From NCBI RefSeq assembly GCF_009914755.1, contig NC_060931.1: 64,000 nucleotides of DNA; one strand, 5' to 3'. Below are positions 1-22,717 of this stretch, piece after piece. Both the position numbers and the translations under genes were made by a program. The notes below the pieces were generated by a model that made no database searches, was not told where the DNA came from, and saw only the letters and a program-made list of their open reading frames with translations. Source of the DNA: the human T2T-CHM13v2.0 reference genome, Homo sapiens. Position 1 is the stretch's first letter. The number at the start of each line of letters is the position of its first letter.

Positions 1-1
1 T

Positions 2-148
<147 letters not shown>

Positions 149-337
149 TAGTAGAGACAGGGTTTCACCGTGTTGGCCAGGATAGTCTCGATCTCTTGAC
201 CTTGTGATCCACCCGCCTCGGCCTCTCAGAGTGCTGGGATTACAGGTGTGAGCCACTATGCCCAGCCTTTTTTTTTTTTTTTTTTTTTAAATATCAATTC
301 TTCCTGTTTTCTCAGGAATTAAATTTGTTTACTTTAG

Positions 338-440
338 GTTCTTGCTCAGAATTCTGGTTTTGACCTTCAGGAAACATTAGTTAAAATTTAAGCAGAACAT
401 TCAGAATCAGGTCAGCTCGTGGGTGTGGACCTGAACACAG
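338..440 (+). pseudogene. CCT6A-like exon with premature stop
   Basis: tttag|GTT...ACAG|gtaag; reads [33 protein letters not shown]; TAA at 389-391 where CCT6A has Gln. Confidence 0.93.
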
Positions 441-649
441 GTAAGAGAATGCAACTGTTTGTAGAGGAAAAACTAGATGTAGTACATGTGAGTTGAAGCC
501 AGGAAAGATTCAAAATGGGGACCAAAAAAAAAAATCTTTTGCTTTGCAATTTGACACCAGTACTATTAGGGAAGTCTGGGTTCTAAAATGGGATAAAATA
601 GGATATTAATAAAAAATGGAATGACTAAGTATAATAATTAAGGGAGTAG

Positions 650-953
<304 letters not shown>

Positions 954-1631
954 TGAGATGGGGTTTCACCGTGTTAGCCAGGATGGTCTCGATCTCCTGA
1001 CCTCGTGATCTGCCCGCCTCAGCCTCCCAAAATGCTGGGATTACAGGCGTGAAGCACCGCACCCGGCCACCTTACTCAGTTTTTAATCAAGTACTATGAT
1101 AAGAAAATAGATTGGGTGATTATATTCATGGGTGAAAAACAGCTAAAGATAGCAAATAATGCCAGAAGAGGGGATCTAGAAATCTAATGAAATGGTGACA
1201 GCCCTGATCTTAGGCCCCTGTAACAAAACAACACAAATTAAGTACAAAGTAGGAGACAGATAACAGGTACATCCATGCAGTATGTGCAAGACCTATTGCT
1301 GTCAACATTATTATTTAATAAAAAAGATTTCTGGAATGAGGGAAATGATCAGTCCATTTTAGCCAGATTAGAGTTGCAGTGCTGTACTTTAGTATGGGTA
1401 AACAGAAATGTATCCAGAAGGAGAGAGGGGTGTTCAGGTCTTCTAAGTAGAAGTCAGACACTCCTCAAATATTGTGGACAGGGGTCATGGTTTAGAGTAG
1501 AAAATTGGGCTAACAGAGAAGCTTTGAATTCCCATAGTTAATACTGGAGGAAATGAGTCATCGGTGATAAGCAAAGCCACACACAATATTGTTGGTTCTT
1601 ATTGACTGAACTTACTTTGGTTGCCTTTTAG

Positions 1632-1705
1632 GTGAGCCCGTGGTAGCAGCAGAAGCAGGCATTATGGGATAACGATTGTGTAAAGAAACAGCTTCTTCAT
1701 TCCTG
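1632..1705 (+). pseudogene. CCT6A-like penultimate exon with +1 frameshift
   Basis: tttag|GT GAG CCC...TCCTG|gtaag; GEPVVAAEAG then WDNDCVKKQLLHS in a shifted frame (extra base near 1662). Confidence 0.92.
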
Positions 1706-1965
1706 GTAAGTTTGGGAAAATGAAAACTAAACTGTTAGAGAATCATCATACTCTTCATTTGGTGTTTTCTGTTTAGTTGCTCATTTTCCCCCATGAATAA
1801 TGTAATCAGCTGAAAGTATGGAAACTGAACTAGCCCTCTGATGTGTAGAGGGGAAGGGGGAAATTTAATTGGATGTTAACGTGTGCAGCTTAGTTGGAAG
1901 TGGGAAGTTGAGTCGAATTAGGGCTCCTAATCATCTGAGCTATCTAATTTTTATCCCCCTTTCAG

Positions 1966-2900
1966 CACTGGTTGCCACCAACATTCTCTTGGTTGATGAG
2001 ATCATGCGAGCTGGAATCTTCTCTGAAAGGTTGAATTGAAGCTTCCTCTGTATCTGAGTCTTGAAGACTCTGCAAAGTGATCCTGAAGAATACAGCTGTG
2101 GAATTTTTGTCCAAGCTTCAAATGAGTTTCAAGGGAATTTTCCCATGTGAAAAAAGGAGAGAACACTGGCATCTGTTGAAATTCGGAAGTTCTGAAATTA
2201 TAATTACAGTATTTTTTAAAAATTGCACTGAAGTGTACACAGATAAAGCAGGTCTTTCACCCAGTGAACAGGATGTTTTGCTTTAGCAGCAGTGACATAA
2301 AATTCCATGTTAAATAAGCATATATTACCTACCTTATTAAATATTCCTTGAAAAAGCAGATTTTAATGGTTTAATTTTATGTGGACATATGTTAAATTAT
2401 TCAGCAGTACCCTATTGTTAAGCATCTGGTTTTAAAATTTTTATGCTAATACAAATAACGCTTAGTAATTTAAAATTTTGGAAGCATCCCGTTAGTGTAA
2501 ATTTCTGAGTAAATTTATTGATCAGTTGGACTTTTCACGCTTTTGAAATAGCTTTGCTAAAATGCTCCCCCTACAAAGTTGTAGGAAATGGGAAGAGGAG
2601 TAAACTAGAGGCAAGGGAGTTGAGAGAGCTGGAAGGCATGGTGGCTAAGGGCTACGGTTATCAGGTGAAATTTGAGATTTGTAGGCTGACTATATTTTCA
2701 AGCTTCTGAACTTTTGCTTATGCAAAATATTCATCCCAAAGCCTCTAGCGTCATAGTTTCCTCACCCAAATTACTATGTTTCCACAAGATTTATATAGTT
2801 GGTCTATCTCTGCGGTCCTTGAAAGTGAAGTTGGTGTTACTAGGCTGTGGGTTTTGGGGGCTCAGCAGTGACCTGGAGTGTGCAAATAAATGTTAAGTTG
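1966..2900 (+). pseudogene. CCT6A-like terminal exon and 3' UTR
   Basis: ttcag| acceptor; VATNILLVDEIMRAG and SLKG-TGA (2032-2034) separated by small deletions; AATAAA at 2885-2890. The 3' end is approximate. Confidence 0.88.
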
Positions 2901-3203
2901 AAACCTCCTTTGTGGTCTTGCAATGGTTTGACACACAGAAGCAATCTTAAAGGGAATGAAAGCTGTCCAAAGGTTCAAAAAGTAGTGAAGGGGCCTCTAG
3001 GGACCCTCAACCTGCTTTTCCTTACTTCCCTGGGCAGCCCTGCAGGTGGTATGGCGTCCGTCAGTTTCCCCCGCTGAACCGTTGGGTGAGGGGCGGTGGT
3101 GGAGCAGCATGTGCATGTGTGGAGGAGGCGACTGCCACCGTGGTGCGTGAGGGCGGATGAGCAGCGGGGCCGTGGGTGTGCGCGGCGTGGCGCGCCAGTC
3201 CTG

Positions 3204-6950
<3,747 letters not shown>

Positions 6951-7028
6951 GTACATCAGGTGTTCTTCCAGGAGGAATGAAGGCCCTCTCTAATCTCATT
7001 CTTTTTTCCTTTCTTTTTTTTAGACTGA

Positions 7029-7238
<210 letters not shown>

Positions 7239-7891
7239 TGATCCACTCGCCTCGACCTCCCAAAGTGTTGGGGTTACAGGTGTGAGCCACTGCGCCTGGC
7301 CTAATTCTTAATATTTAAACGGAAACTAACTTGTTCACTGTCACGTGTCATCTTTGCAGTGTACTATGGGATAAGTGTTATCTACGTTATTCAGATGAAG
7401 AATCTGAAATCCAAACAAGTTTGACTGACTCTGTCAGTCAGTGGATGAGCTTGGCCTGGAACTGAAATCCCTGGGCTCTTGAGCCAGTCTGTGCCTTTTC
7501 CATTACACTGGGCATAGCACTGAGAAATATAAGCAAATGCCAGTCACTCAACAGAACCCTCTTCTACATGCGGAAAGGGATTGGGAGAAGGGACATCATA
7601 GTAGAGAGTCCCTTAAATTCCCCTTATAGGCCAGGTGTGGTGGCTCACACCTCCAATGTGAGCTTCCTTTAGGAACCCGAGGCAGGATTGCTTGAGCTCA
7701 GGAGTCTAAGACCAGCCTGGCAACATAGGGAGACCCTATCTCTGCTAAAATAAATAAGTATATAAATATACATATTATATATATAAATGTATATATAACA
7801 ATCCATCTTACCCTGACAATCTGCCTGCTGAAACTTACTAAACCATACCAAACTATATGAATTTATTTTTATTGTTATTATTTTTTTTTGA

Positions 7892-8023
<132 letters not shown>

Positions 8024-8173
8024 TAATGCCCAGCTTATTTTGTGCTTTTGATAGAGACAGGGTTTTGCCCTGTTGCCCAGGCTGGTCTCGAACTCCTGGG
8101 CTCAAGCAATCCTTCTGCCTTGGCCTCCCAAAGTGCTGGGATTATAGGTGTGACCCACTATGCCTGGCCTTGA

Positions 8174-8405
<232 letters not shown>

Positions 8406-8540
8406 TAGCCAGGATGGTCTCGATCTCCTGACCTCATGAACCGCCCGCCTCGGCCTCCCAAAGTGGTGGGATTACAGGCGTGAGCCACCATGCCCAGCCG
8501 AAAATCCATTTTATTTATTTATTTACTTATTTAGGTGTGA

Positions 8541-8690
<150 letters not shown>

Positions 8691-9121
8691 TAGCTGGGAT
8701 TACAGGCGCCCGCCACCACGCCTAGCTAATTTTTGTATTTTTAGTAGAGACGGGGTTTCACCATGCTGGCCAGGCTGGTCTTCAACTCCTGACCTGGTGA
8801 ACCACCCACTCGGCCTCCTAAAGTGCTGGGATTACAGGTTTGAGCCACCGCACCCGGCCAGTCCCTTATATAAATTTTTAAAAAGATGTTTTCTTCGTTT
8901 CCTAGCCCCTTCTACCCACCTACAAAGTTCCAAAGGCTTTAATGCTATTGCAACGGCAGTCAGAGGTCAAGCTGGTGGGGGTGCGGTGCAGCTCCCTAAC
9001 GCGGGGCAGCCTCAAAGGGGGCCGATCCTGCCCAGCACGAATGGCACCGGGCGGTGGGGGACGCTCCCGAGGTCCCGGGAACATGGCTGGGGGAAGTGTT
9101 GGGGGGTGCACATACCCAGGC

Positions 9122-9390
9122 TCAGCTGAGGCGAGTGCGCGGCCAGGGCTGCAGCTGGCGCTGGCTGGCACTTGCGCCGGCCATTGAGGAGCTTCTGGGC
9201 GACCCTGCACTCGTGCCTACCAGGCGCCAGCCGGTAGGTGCGCAGCGCCTGCTCCAGCAGCGTCAGGCCTTTGCTGCGCGGACCCCTCAGGCCGGGAAGT
9301 CACGCAGGTGGTAGTAGTCCAGGTGGTCGTAAACTCCTCCTCATAGCTTATGGGTGGTGGCGGCTGGGCTGAAGACTGCGGACAGGACAT
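9122..9390 (-). pseudogene. NUPR2: NUPR2 (NUPR1L)-derived pseudogene; symbol is the parent gene
   Basis: Minus strand reads PPPPISYEEE / YDHLDYYHLRDFPA* / RSKGLTLLEQALRTYRLAPGRHECRVAQKLLNGRRK / [13 protein letters not shown], which are NUPR2 motifs broken by frameshifts and a TGA at 9287-9289. A donor-like gg|gtatgt lies just after the stop (~9115). Confidence 0.88.
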
Positions 9391-9454
9391 CCCGCCCGGC
9401 CGCCTGTGGTCACCCTCCCGCGCAGGCGCTCTCCTGGAAGACCCAGCACCTGGA

Positions 9455-9550
9455 GTTCCGATTGGCTCTGCGTGAGGGGCGGGCCTTTGCGACATCTTGG
9501 GGGGCGCCTTCGGTGACGTCACAGGGGCGGGCCTTCTGTCACGTCACAAG
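9455..9550. promoter_or_regulatory. Compact promoter: CRE, GC boxes, CCAAT box in CpG-rich island
   Basis: Perfect palindromic GTGACGTCAC (9513-9522), CRE-like GTCACGTCAC (9538-9547), GGGGCGGG at 9476-9483 and 9524-9531, ATTGG (reverse CCAAT) at 9461-9465; immediately upstream of the NUPR2-like ATG. Confidence 0.75.
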
Positions 9551-11289
9551 GGCTGTACAGTGCCTGGAGCTGGGCAGTCTTCTCAGAGTGGAGCCTGGTA
9601 ACCGCGACCTCCCCGCCAGTTCCTGTGTGTTGCTGGCTGGAAAGGGGTAGTTGACAAACTCCCACCCAGCACAGTATTTATGTCGGTCAAAAATGGAAAA
9701 CTATGTGTCCGGGCGTGGCCAGGAAGGAGGATCCCTTCAGGCCAAGAGCAGCCTAGCAATATGGCGCAACCCCACCTCTGTAGTCCAACCTCAGCCTCCC
9801 AGCTACTTGAACCCCAAGATTCAAGGCTCCAATGATCTGTGATCTCACCACAGCACTCCTGCCTGCGAGACTGAGGTAAACCCTGTATAAAAAAATAAAA
9901 AAGAAAACTATCCAAGTGTACAACCGGGAGGGACTGCTTAAAGAACACATGAGGCTGCCTGGGCCGTACTATCCCGGCACTTTGGGAGGCCGAGGCAGGA
10001 GGATGGCTTGTGTTCAGGAGTTCGAGATGCGCCTGGGCAACATGACGCAACCCCGTCTCTACGGAAGATACAAAGATTAGCCAGGCGCGGTGCACGCTTG
10101 GCCTAATTTTTGTATCTTTCGTAGAGATGGGGGGGGTCTTGCTATGTTGCCCGGGCCGGTCTCGAACTCCTGGGTTCAAGCGATCTTCTCACCTTGGCCT
10201 TTAGAGTTGTTGGGATTACAGGCGTGAGCCACCGCACCCTCCTGGGCTAGGCTATTTAATAACATAAGAAAGTGCGGTGGCTCACGCCTGTAATCCCAAC
10301 ACTTTGGGAGGCCGAGGCGGGTGGATCACCTGAGGTCAGGAGTTTGAGACCATCCTTGCCAATATGGTGAAACCCAGTCTCTACAAAAAAATACAAAAAT
10401 TAGGCCGAGCGCGGTGGCTCACACCTGTAATCTCAGCACTTTGGGAAGCTGAGGCGGGCTGATCACCTGAGGTTGGGAGTTCAAGACCAGCCTGACCAAC
10501 ATGGAGAAATCCCATCTCTACTAAAAATACAAAATTAGCCGGGCATGGTGGTGCATGCCTGTAGTCCCAGCTACTCAGGAGGTTAAGACAGGAGAATCTC
10601 TTGAACCCAGGTGGCGGAGGTTGCAGTGAGCCGAGAAGCATCACTGCACCCTAGTCAGGGCGACAGAGCAAGACTCCAGAGCTTGAGACCAGCCTGGGCC
10701 ATGTAGTGAAACCCTGTTTATACAAAACAAACAAAAAAAGCCAGGTGTACCTGTGTCCACCTGTGGCCCTGCTACTTAAGAGGCTGAGGCAGGAGGATAA
10801 GTTGAGGCCAGGAGCTGAAGGCTGCAGTGAGCTATGGTCATCCCACTGCTCTCCATCCTGAGCAATAGAATGAAACCTTGTCTCTAGATAGCTAGCTAGC
10901 TAGGTAATTGATACGTAGTTTTCTATCGGAAATCTTTTTCCTAGACTTGAACATGTTTTTCTAAAGTAGCATTCAACACATCAGCATTTTACAGTGTTAT
11001 TAGTTGTTAATATGATTATGTTTTTCTGAAATACAGTATTCTTTACCAAAGCAGTGTTGTCTTTCAAAGCACATACATAGGTCCTCCAGTGAATTTGTCT
11101 GATGTTGGCGACCTTCACTTTCTGGTGACTGAGTCAACAGTATCTGTTTCATAAATAATGTAGCCCTATTTTTTTTGAGACAGGGTCTTGTTCTGTTACC
11201 TGGGCTGGAGTGCAGTGGCATGATCTCTGCTCACCATAACTACCGCCTCCTCGGTTCAAGCGATTCTCCTGCCTCAGCTTCCTGAATAA

Positions 11290-11502
<213 letters not shown>

Positions 11503-12235
11503 TAGTAGAGACAGGGTTTCTCCATGTTGGTCAGGCTGGTCTTGAACTCCCTACCTCAGGTGATCCGGCCACCTCAGCTTCCCAAAGTGACAGGTGTGAG
11601 CCACCGCGCCCAGCCTAATTTTTGTATTTTTAGTAGAGATGGGGTTTCACCATGTTGGCCAGGATGGTCTTGAATTCCTGACCTCAAGTGATCTGCCTGC
11701 CTTGGCCTCCTAAAGTGTTGGAATTACAGGCATAAGCCAACATGCCCGGCCAACCCTATTTCTTTAAGCATATACATTTTGCACTTGTTAAAAGTATTTG
11801 AACATAAAATTATCCAGCTTCCCTTGTTTATGTATGTTTGAATTTTGTATAAGCTTAAATATTTTTTCCAATCTAAGCTTAATTATATTCCCTTTCTTCT
11901 ATATTTGTATAACTTCAGGTGACTGTCTTTGTTGAAAGTTTTTTCTGAAAAGCCTTAAAACAATATAGTTATTGGCAGCAATTTCAGAGTTACTTGAGGG
12001 CAAGGGAAGATTTATAATGATGATTCAAATGAAGCAAACTAAAAAGTAATGAAGCAAGACAGAGGATAAAGCAGTATTCATTTGAGCACATCCCAAAAGA
12101 ATAAAATTTCAAATGTAACTAGAAAAAGGCATGCTAAAGATCATAGTACAGGAATAATTATTAATATTCAAAATAGCTTTAAAGCTGCTCACCTTTTGAA
12201 TGTTGGGAATTGACCAGGAGGTGGCTGTAACCTAG

Positions 12236-12517
<282 letters not shown>

Positions 12518-12999
12518 TAAAGCCAGGAGCTTTTTGAAAGTCACTTTATAGCCATTGTTTAAACATGGTTTGAATTTACCAAAGCATAGGACGTTGTTTC
12601 ATCTCATATTAATTAGTTGGCTCAAAATTAGTGCTAATGACTTAGTAATTCAATGGTTTCTCTTAGCTTTAAAACTTTCTTTATTTCAGAACTATTTCAC
12701 CTGTTGGTTTTCGTTTTTGCTGTGTGTCACTGCCTGCCAGCTGCTATTGTGTTAACTCCCAGTGGATCATGTGTCCTGTGAAGGGACTGAATGAGATATT
12801 AATGGCAAATTATGTTGATGATTCATATTTTGAATATAAATAGATCATTAAGCTTGTATACATTTTGAAAATAGTATGTTAATATTCTGTTGTGTCATAG
12901 TCACAATGATTGGCTACATATTGAATTTATATGTACATTAAGTTGTTGTATGTTTATGTTCTTTAACATTCTAACTTGCAACTGTATATCTGTTAAGTC

Positions 13000-15033
<2,034 letters not shown>

Positions 15034-15890
15034 TAATTTTTTGTATTTTTAGTAGAGATAGGGTTTCACCATGTTGGCCAGGATGGTCTAGATCTCTTGA
15101 CTTCGTGATCCGCCTGCCTCGGCCTCCCAAAGTCCCAGGCATGAGCCACCACGCTGAGTCAGGGTCCCTCTTAAACTTGTATTTTTAAGGTCTGGTGTCC
15201 CTCTTACTTAATCTTTTTTTTTTTTTTTTTTTCTTTTTTGAGACAGAGTCTTGCTCTGTCACCCAGGCTGGCAGTGGCACGGCCTCGGCTCACTGAAACG
15301 TCCGCCTCCTGGGTTCAAGTGATTCTCCTGCCTCAACCTCCTGAGTAGCTGGGACTACAGGCACCTGCCACCATGTCTGGCTAAGTTTTGTATTTTTGGT
15401 ATAGATGGGGGCGGAGGCAGGGGGTTGGGGAGGGGAGGGGGGATTTTGCTTTGTTGCCCGGAGCTCGAAGTGATAATCTGCCCACCTCTGCTCTCAAAGT
15501 GCTAGGATTACAGGCCTGCACCACTGCACCCAGCTGCTGTAAAGCCTTATTTCCACACAGCTGAGACATGTTTTAGGAAGTTTGCGAAAAGGCCTCTGGA
15601 GACCTCCTCATTGTGGCCTCCCTGTTGTCGTGTTTAATTTGATTGATCTTTTCTGCCCTCCTGCTTTTCAGAAATTAAAGGCTAAAAAGAGGCATTAAAC
15701 TTTAAAACTTCTCTTGTAGTCTCCTATTAAACTAATTCTAAGAACCACCAAAAAAGGGAAAAATGTTTTCGAAAGCAGTAAAATGATATGGACTGTTAGT
15801 ATGTAAAATATAGGAAATAAGTCATTATATATTAGTGCTGCTCTGACATAGGGACATATTATTGAGAATCAACTTTTGCTCAGTTTTCAG

Positions 15891-15956
15891 AGAAATGGAA
15901 TAATCATATCGCTGATCTATGTAAACAAGTTGAAGAATTGTCTGACAGAAAATACG
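15891..15956 (+). pseudogene. GTF2I-like 66 nt exon (I-repeat start)
   Basis: tttcag|...|gtatgt; KWNNHIADLCKQVEELSDRKY versus TFII-I [21 protein letters not shown]. Confidence 0.9.
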
Positions 15957-16809
15957 GTATGTTTAAATTGGAAAAGTCCTGTAATACTTTGTTCATAAGC
16001 ATTTACACAATGGAGTTATTGTTCATCATGGGGGTACTGTGGACAAGCCCAGGGCTGCTGGTGAATCTTGCCATCCTTACACGTCTCTCCTTGTAAGGTG
16101 CTTTGTAGTTTCTGTCTAAATATTAGAAACATTCTTTGTTTCTAGATTACTGCAAAACTAAGGAAAAGTTTTATTTCTTTAGCATTTCTTTTAAACTTTC
16201 AGCATGGATATTGGTGATTTATTTACATATTTATTGCAAAGCCCTGGATCTTAGAGATTTAATGGAATATTATTTTTTGAAACTAATTGTTTCTCTTAAT
16301 CTGCTTTGTTAAATTCGGTATTCACCAAGATGCCCCTATTGTCTCTACTTTTATCCTTTTTTTTTTTTTTTGAGTTAGAGTCTCACACTGTTGCCCAGAC
16401 TGCAGTGTATTGGTGCAATCTCAGCTCACTAAAACCTCCACCTCCTGGGTTCAAGCGATTCTCCTGCCTCAGCCTCCCAAATAGTTGGGATTACAGGCAA
16501 TTCTGCTGCCTCATCCTCCCAAGTAGCTGGGATTACAGGGGTGTGTCACCAGGCCCAGCTAATTTTTATATTTTTGTAGAGACAGGGTTTCACCATGTTG
16601 GCCAGGCTGGTCTCGAACTCCTGACCTCAAATGATCCATTCTCCTCGGCCTCCCAAAGTGCTGGGATTACAGGTGTGAGCCACAACACCCGGCCTATGTT
16701 TTTATTATATTGTTAATTTAGTACTATTCTGAGTAAAAATAATTTGCTATTACAGTTTTATAAATTGACTATGACAATTTTATAAATGTCAGTGCTTTTT
16801 ATAAAATGA

Positions 16810-17144
<335 letters not shown>

Positions 17145-17397
17145 TGATCTACCTGCCCCGGTCTCCCAAAGTGCTGAGATTACAGGCGCGAGCCACCACA
17201 CCTGGCCCACATTTTGTAATTTTAAAGCAGTATTAATGGTAATTGCCTTAGAGAAAGATACATTTGTTGTGATATATAAGTATGATATTCAAGTATAGTG
17301 TACAGCAAAGGACATTAAACCTAAGTCAGCACTAATGTGTTATAGGATACACTTGAAACTTTAGTACAAATAGTAATGTTTAGCAAATAGACCTTAA

Positions 17398-17796
<399 letters not shown>

Positions 17797-18036
17797 TAGT
17801 TGTTGTAGTATTTTAGTCATGAGTAAATAAATGCTAGTTGAAATGATGCAGTTCAGGAGAATCTTCTGCTTCTCTTACTAAAAAAAAATATTTTTTTAAG
17901 TCCAATAAAGTTACACTAATGTTTATGTGTGGAAAATATTACCTTTTCCAGCCAGGTGCGGTAGCTCACACCTGTAATCCCAGCACTTTGGGAAGCTGAG
18001 GTGGGTGGATCACCTGAGGTCAGGAGTTCAAGACTA

Positions 18037-18213
<177 letters not shown>

Positions 18214-18331
18214 TCAAAAAAAAAAAAAAAAAAACACGAAAATATTACCTATTCCATTTAGTACTATATATTTTAAATGATATTAGCTGGTTTTTTTTTT
18301 GGGGTTTATAATGTGGTTCAGATTTCTGTAG

Positions 18332-18505
<174 letters not shown>

Positions 18506-18790
18506 TGAGTAGCTGGGATTACAAGCACCTGCCACAATGCCTGGGTAATTTTTGAATTTTTAGTAGAGATGGGTCTTACCATGTTGGCCAGGCTGCTCTC
18601 GAACTCCTGACCTCATGATCTGCCTGCCTCAGCCTTTCAAAGTGTTGGGATTACAGTCATGAGCCACCGTTCCCAGCCTGTCTTTTCTTTCCAAAGCCAC
18701 CCTTGGTGATTAAATGTTAAATATGTACTAGTGGATATTACTTTGCTGAATATTGCCTAGTGAATATTAAGTATTTATTCTCACTTGCAG

Positions 18791-18849
18791 ACATGAACTT
18801 GTGAATTCAACAAGTGAAGATTTACAACTTGATAAACCAGCTGCAGGAG
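18791..18849 (+). pseudogene. GTF2I-like 59 nt exon
   Basis: ttgcag|...|gtagg; HELVNSTSEDLQLDKPAAG versus HELLNSTREDLQLDKPASG. Confidence 0.9.
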
Positions 18850-20002
18850 GTAGGTCTTCAGTCTTAAGTCAGATTAGAAGATTATGTGAAATAATTATTT
18901 AATGCTTAACATTGATTTTTTAATGGTATCTTCCACATGAAATAATATTCCTCTAACATTTAATTACATGCCAGGACAGGAGAATTCATGTTGTCAAAAT
19001 TCTAATACTCTCTAGAACAGTAAACTCATTTTATTTGTATTAACCCATTATAAATACATGTAAATGTTGCATTTATGGGTAGACAGAACTAAAAGAACAA
19101 TATTTTTCCTACTTTTGAGATGCAGAATTTGTCTGGCATAATGCATTGAACAGGTTATTATTGAAGCTTGCACCAGACAACTGAACAAACATTCCTCAAA
19201 TGTCCATGATACCCAGGACATAAGAGGCTTCCTTTTAGAGTATGGAGCCATGCATATCATCTCTTAATTGTTAGATGTGTTTTGAAAGAAATAGAAATAT
19301 AACGGATTTTCTTATTTGTTTTGGCTCTGGAGTAGAGTGGGGACAAAACAGAATGGAATCACACTGTTTAGATTTACTAAAATGGAAGGATTGCTGCAAG
19401 ATTATATCCCTAGTCTCCCCATAGCAAATGGCACCTGCTAGCTGTTTTTTGTTTGTTTGTTTGTTTGTTTGTTTGAGATGGAGTTTTGCTTTGTCGCCCA
19501 TGCTGGAGTGCAGTGGTGTGATCTCAACTCATTGCACCCTCCACCTCCCAGGTTCAAGCAATTCTTCCTGCCTCAGGCTCCCACGTAGCTGGGATTACAG
19601 GCACCTGCTACCACGCCTGCCTAATTTTTGTATTTGTAGTAGAGCTGGGGTGTCACCATGTTGGCCAGGCTCTTCTTGAACTCCCAACCTCAGGTGATCT
19701 GTCCGCCTCAGCCTCCCAAAGTGCTGGGATTACAGGTGTGAGCCACTGCACCCGGCCTGCTAGTGGTTCTTGAGCACACTGAGTTCTGCTTTTTCCCAGC
19801 TTTCATGAATGTCTGGTTCTTCCTTTTTTGTGCAGTGTGTGTCAGCATTGTTTCAGTAATAAATACATTCTGGATATTAGAAATAATTTTAGTCACAGGA
19901 AAAGAAAAAATAATACTGTCTATTTTATAATAATAATATTTAATAACCCAAGCTATTAAGCCCATTAAATTGAGAAAACTTGTATTCCTGTGATTTCGAC
20001 AG

Positions 20003-20075
20003 TAAAGGAAGAATGGTATGCCAGAATCACTAAATGAAGAAAGATGGTGGATCAGCTTTTCTGCAAAAAAATTTG
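20003..20075 (+). pseudogene. GTF2I-like exon with stop and +1 frameshift
   Basis: gacag|...|gtaag; [21 protein letters not shown]; TGA at 20035-20037 and an A7 run at 20065-20071. Confidence 0.9.
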
Positions 20076-20117
20076 GTAAGTCTCTTTTTTCCCCTTTCAA
20101 CTAAAGTATATTACTGA

Positions 20118-21136
<1,019 letters not shown>

Positions 21137-21993
21137 GTATTGCTGCTTTCTTTAAGTTTCCTGAAAGGGAGAGAGGAAATCTTAGGTTTGTCATTGCTGG
21201 GAACCACTGCAAGTATTCAGGAAATATTCACTACTTCCAACCTCATAATCCTGAAGTCATTTGGCACCTCTGAGTCAGGTGCGGGGGGAACTGGGCAGTG
21301 CAGAAGACAGTGGCCTGCCCCGTGCATTCTGGAGCATTCAATCTGGTGGGGAAATGTGTAGTAAGTAGGAGATATTTACTCTGTAAGAAGGTATAAGGTC
21401 TGGGAAAGAATTAAGTGGATTAAGGGAAATGGGGAGGCAGGGGGTGTGATTGGGGCAGCCTTGATGATATGTGATGAGCACGTTCTGTAGTTGGCCTCGC
21501 CTCTTTCTAAACTTCCACTTTTCACTTTCAACTCCAATTGGTTCTTTTTTATTTTATAAAAACTTTGTTAGAATTAGGTTTATATATTTCCTTGTTGAAT
21601 TAACAGAATAATTTTATTTAACATCACTCTCTAGTGTGACTGAAAGCCTCTAATCCTTTACTATGATTTGTTTATGGGCATATTTCTTTTTACAGCTATG
21701 ATAATTATTTCATTTTGTGTGGTTTCTCAAAAATACATGTGTTTCTGATCTCAGAGAGTTCCTGTACTAGAGCCCTTCAGATTTGGTGCTAATATCATGA
21801 AGTTAGAATTTAAGACAAATCTCGAGATGTTAGAGGAAAGCCAATCTAAGAACAAAGACATTAATTATTAATAAATAATTAAATTATTTATTAATTAATT
21901 TCAAGTTGACATTTAAGTTGAGGCGTGGAGGTGAAGGAGACAGTTGGATAAATAAGTCTGGAAGTAAGGAGAAAGATCTGGCAATAGACATAA

Positions 21994-22185
<192 letters not shown>

Positions 22186-22558
22186 TAATTTTTTTTTGTA
22201 TTTTTAGTAGAGACGGGGTTTCACTGTGTTAGCCAAGATGATCTCGATCTCCGGACCTCGTGATCCGCCTGCCTCAGCCTCCCAAAGTGCTGGGATTACA
22301 GGTGTGAGCCACAATGCCCGGCCTATAATTTTGGATTTTATAGTTGTGTTTTGATAGCAATTGTTGATATCACCAAAATAATTCATCAGTGAGCTCCCTG
22401 ACAGCTCCCTGACTTTTCTTTTTAAAGAAACAGGGTCCACTGGGTGCGGTGTCTCACACCTGTAATCCCAGCATTTTGGGAGGCTGAGGCGGGTGGATCA
22501 CCTGAAGTGGGGGGTTCGAGACCAGCCTGACCAACATGGAGAAACCCCATCTCTACTA

Positions 22559-22717
<159 letters not shown>

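Noticed and set aside
9217-9522. 101 aa minus-strand ORF as a novel protein
   Set aside because: Only PPPPISYEEE is in the NUPR2 frame; the rest is frameshifted GC-rich read-through.
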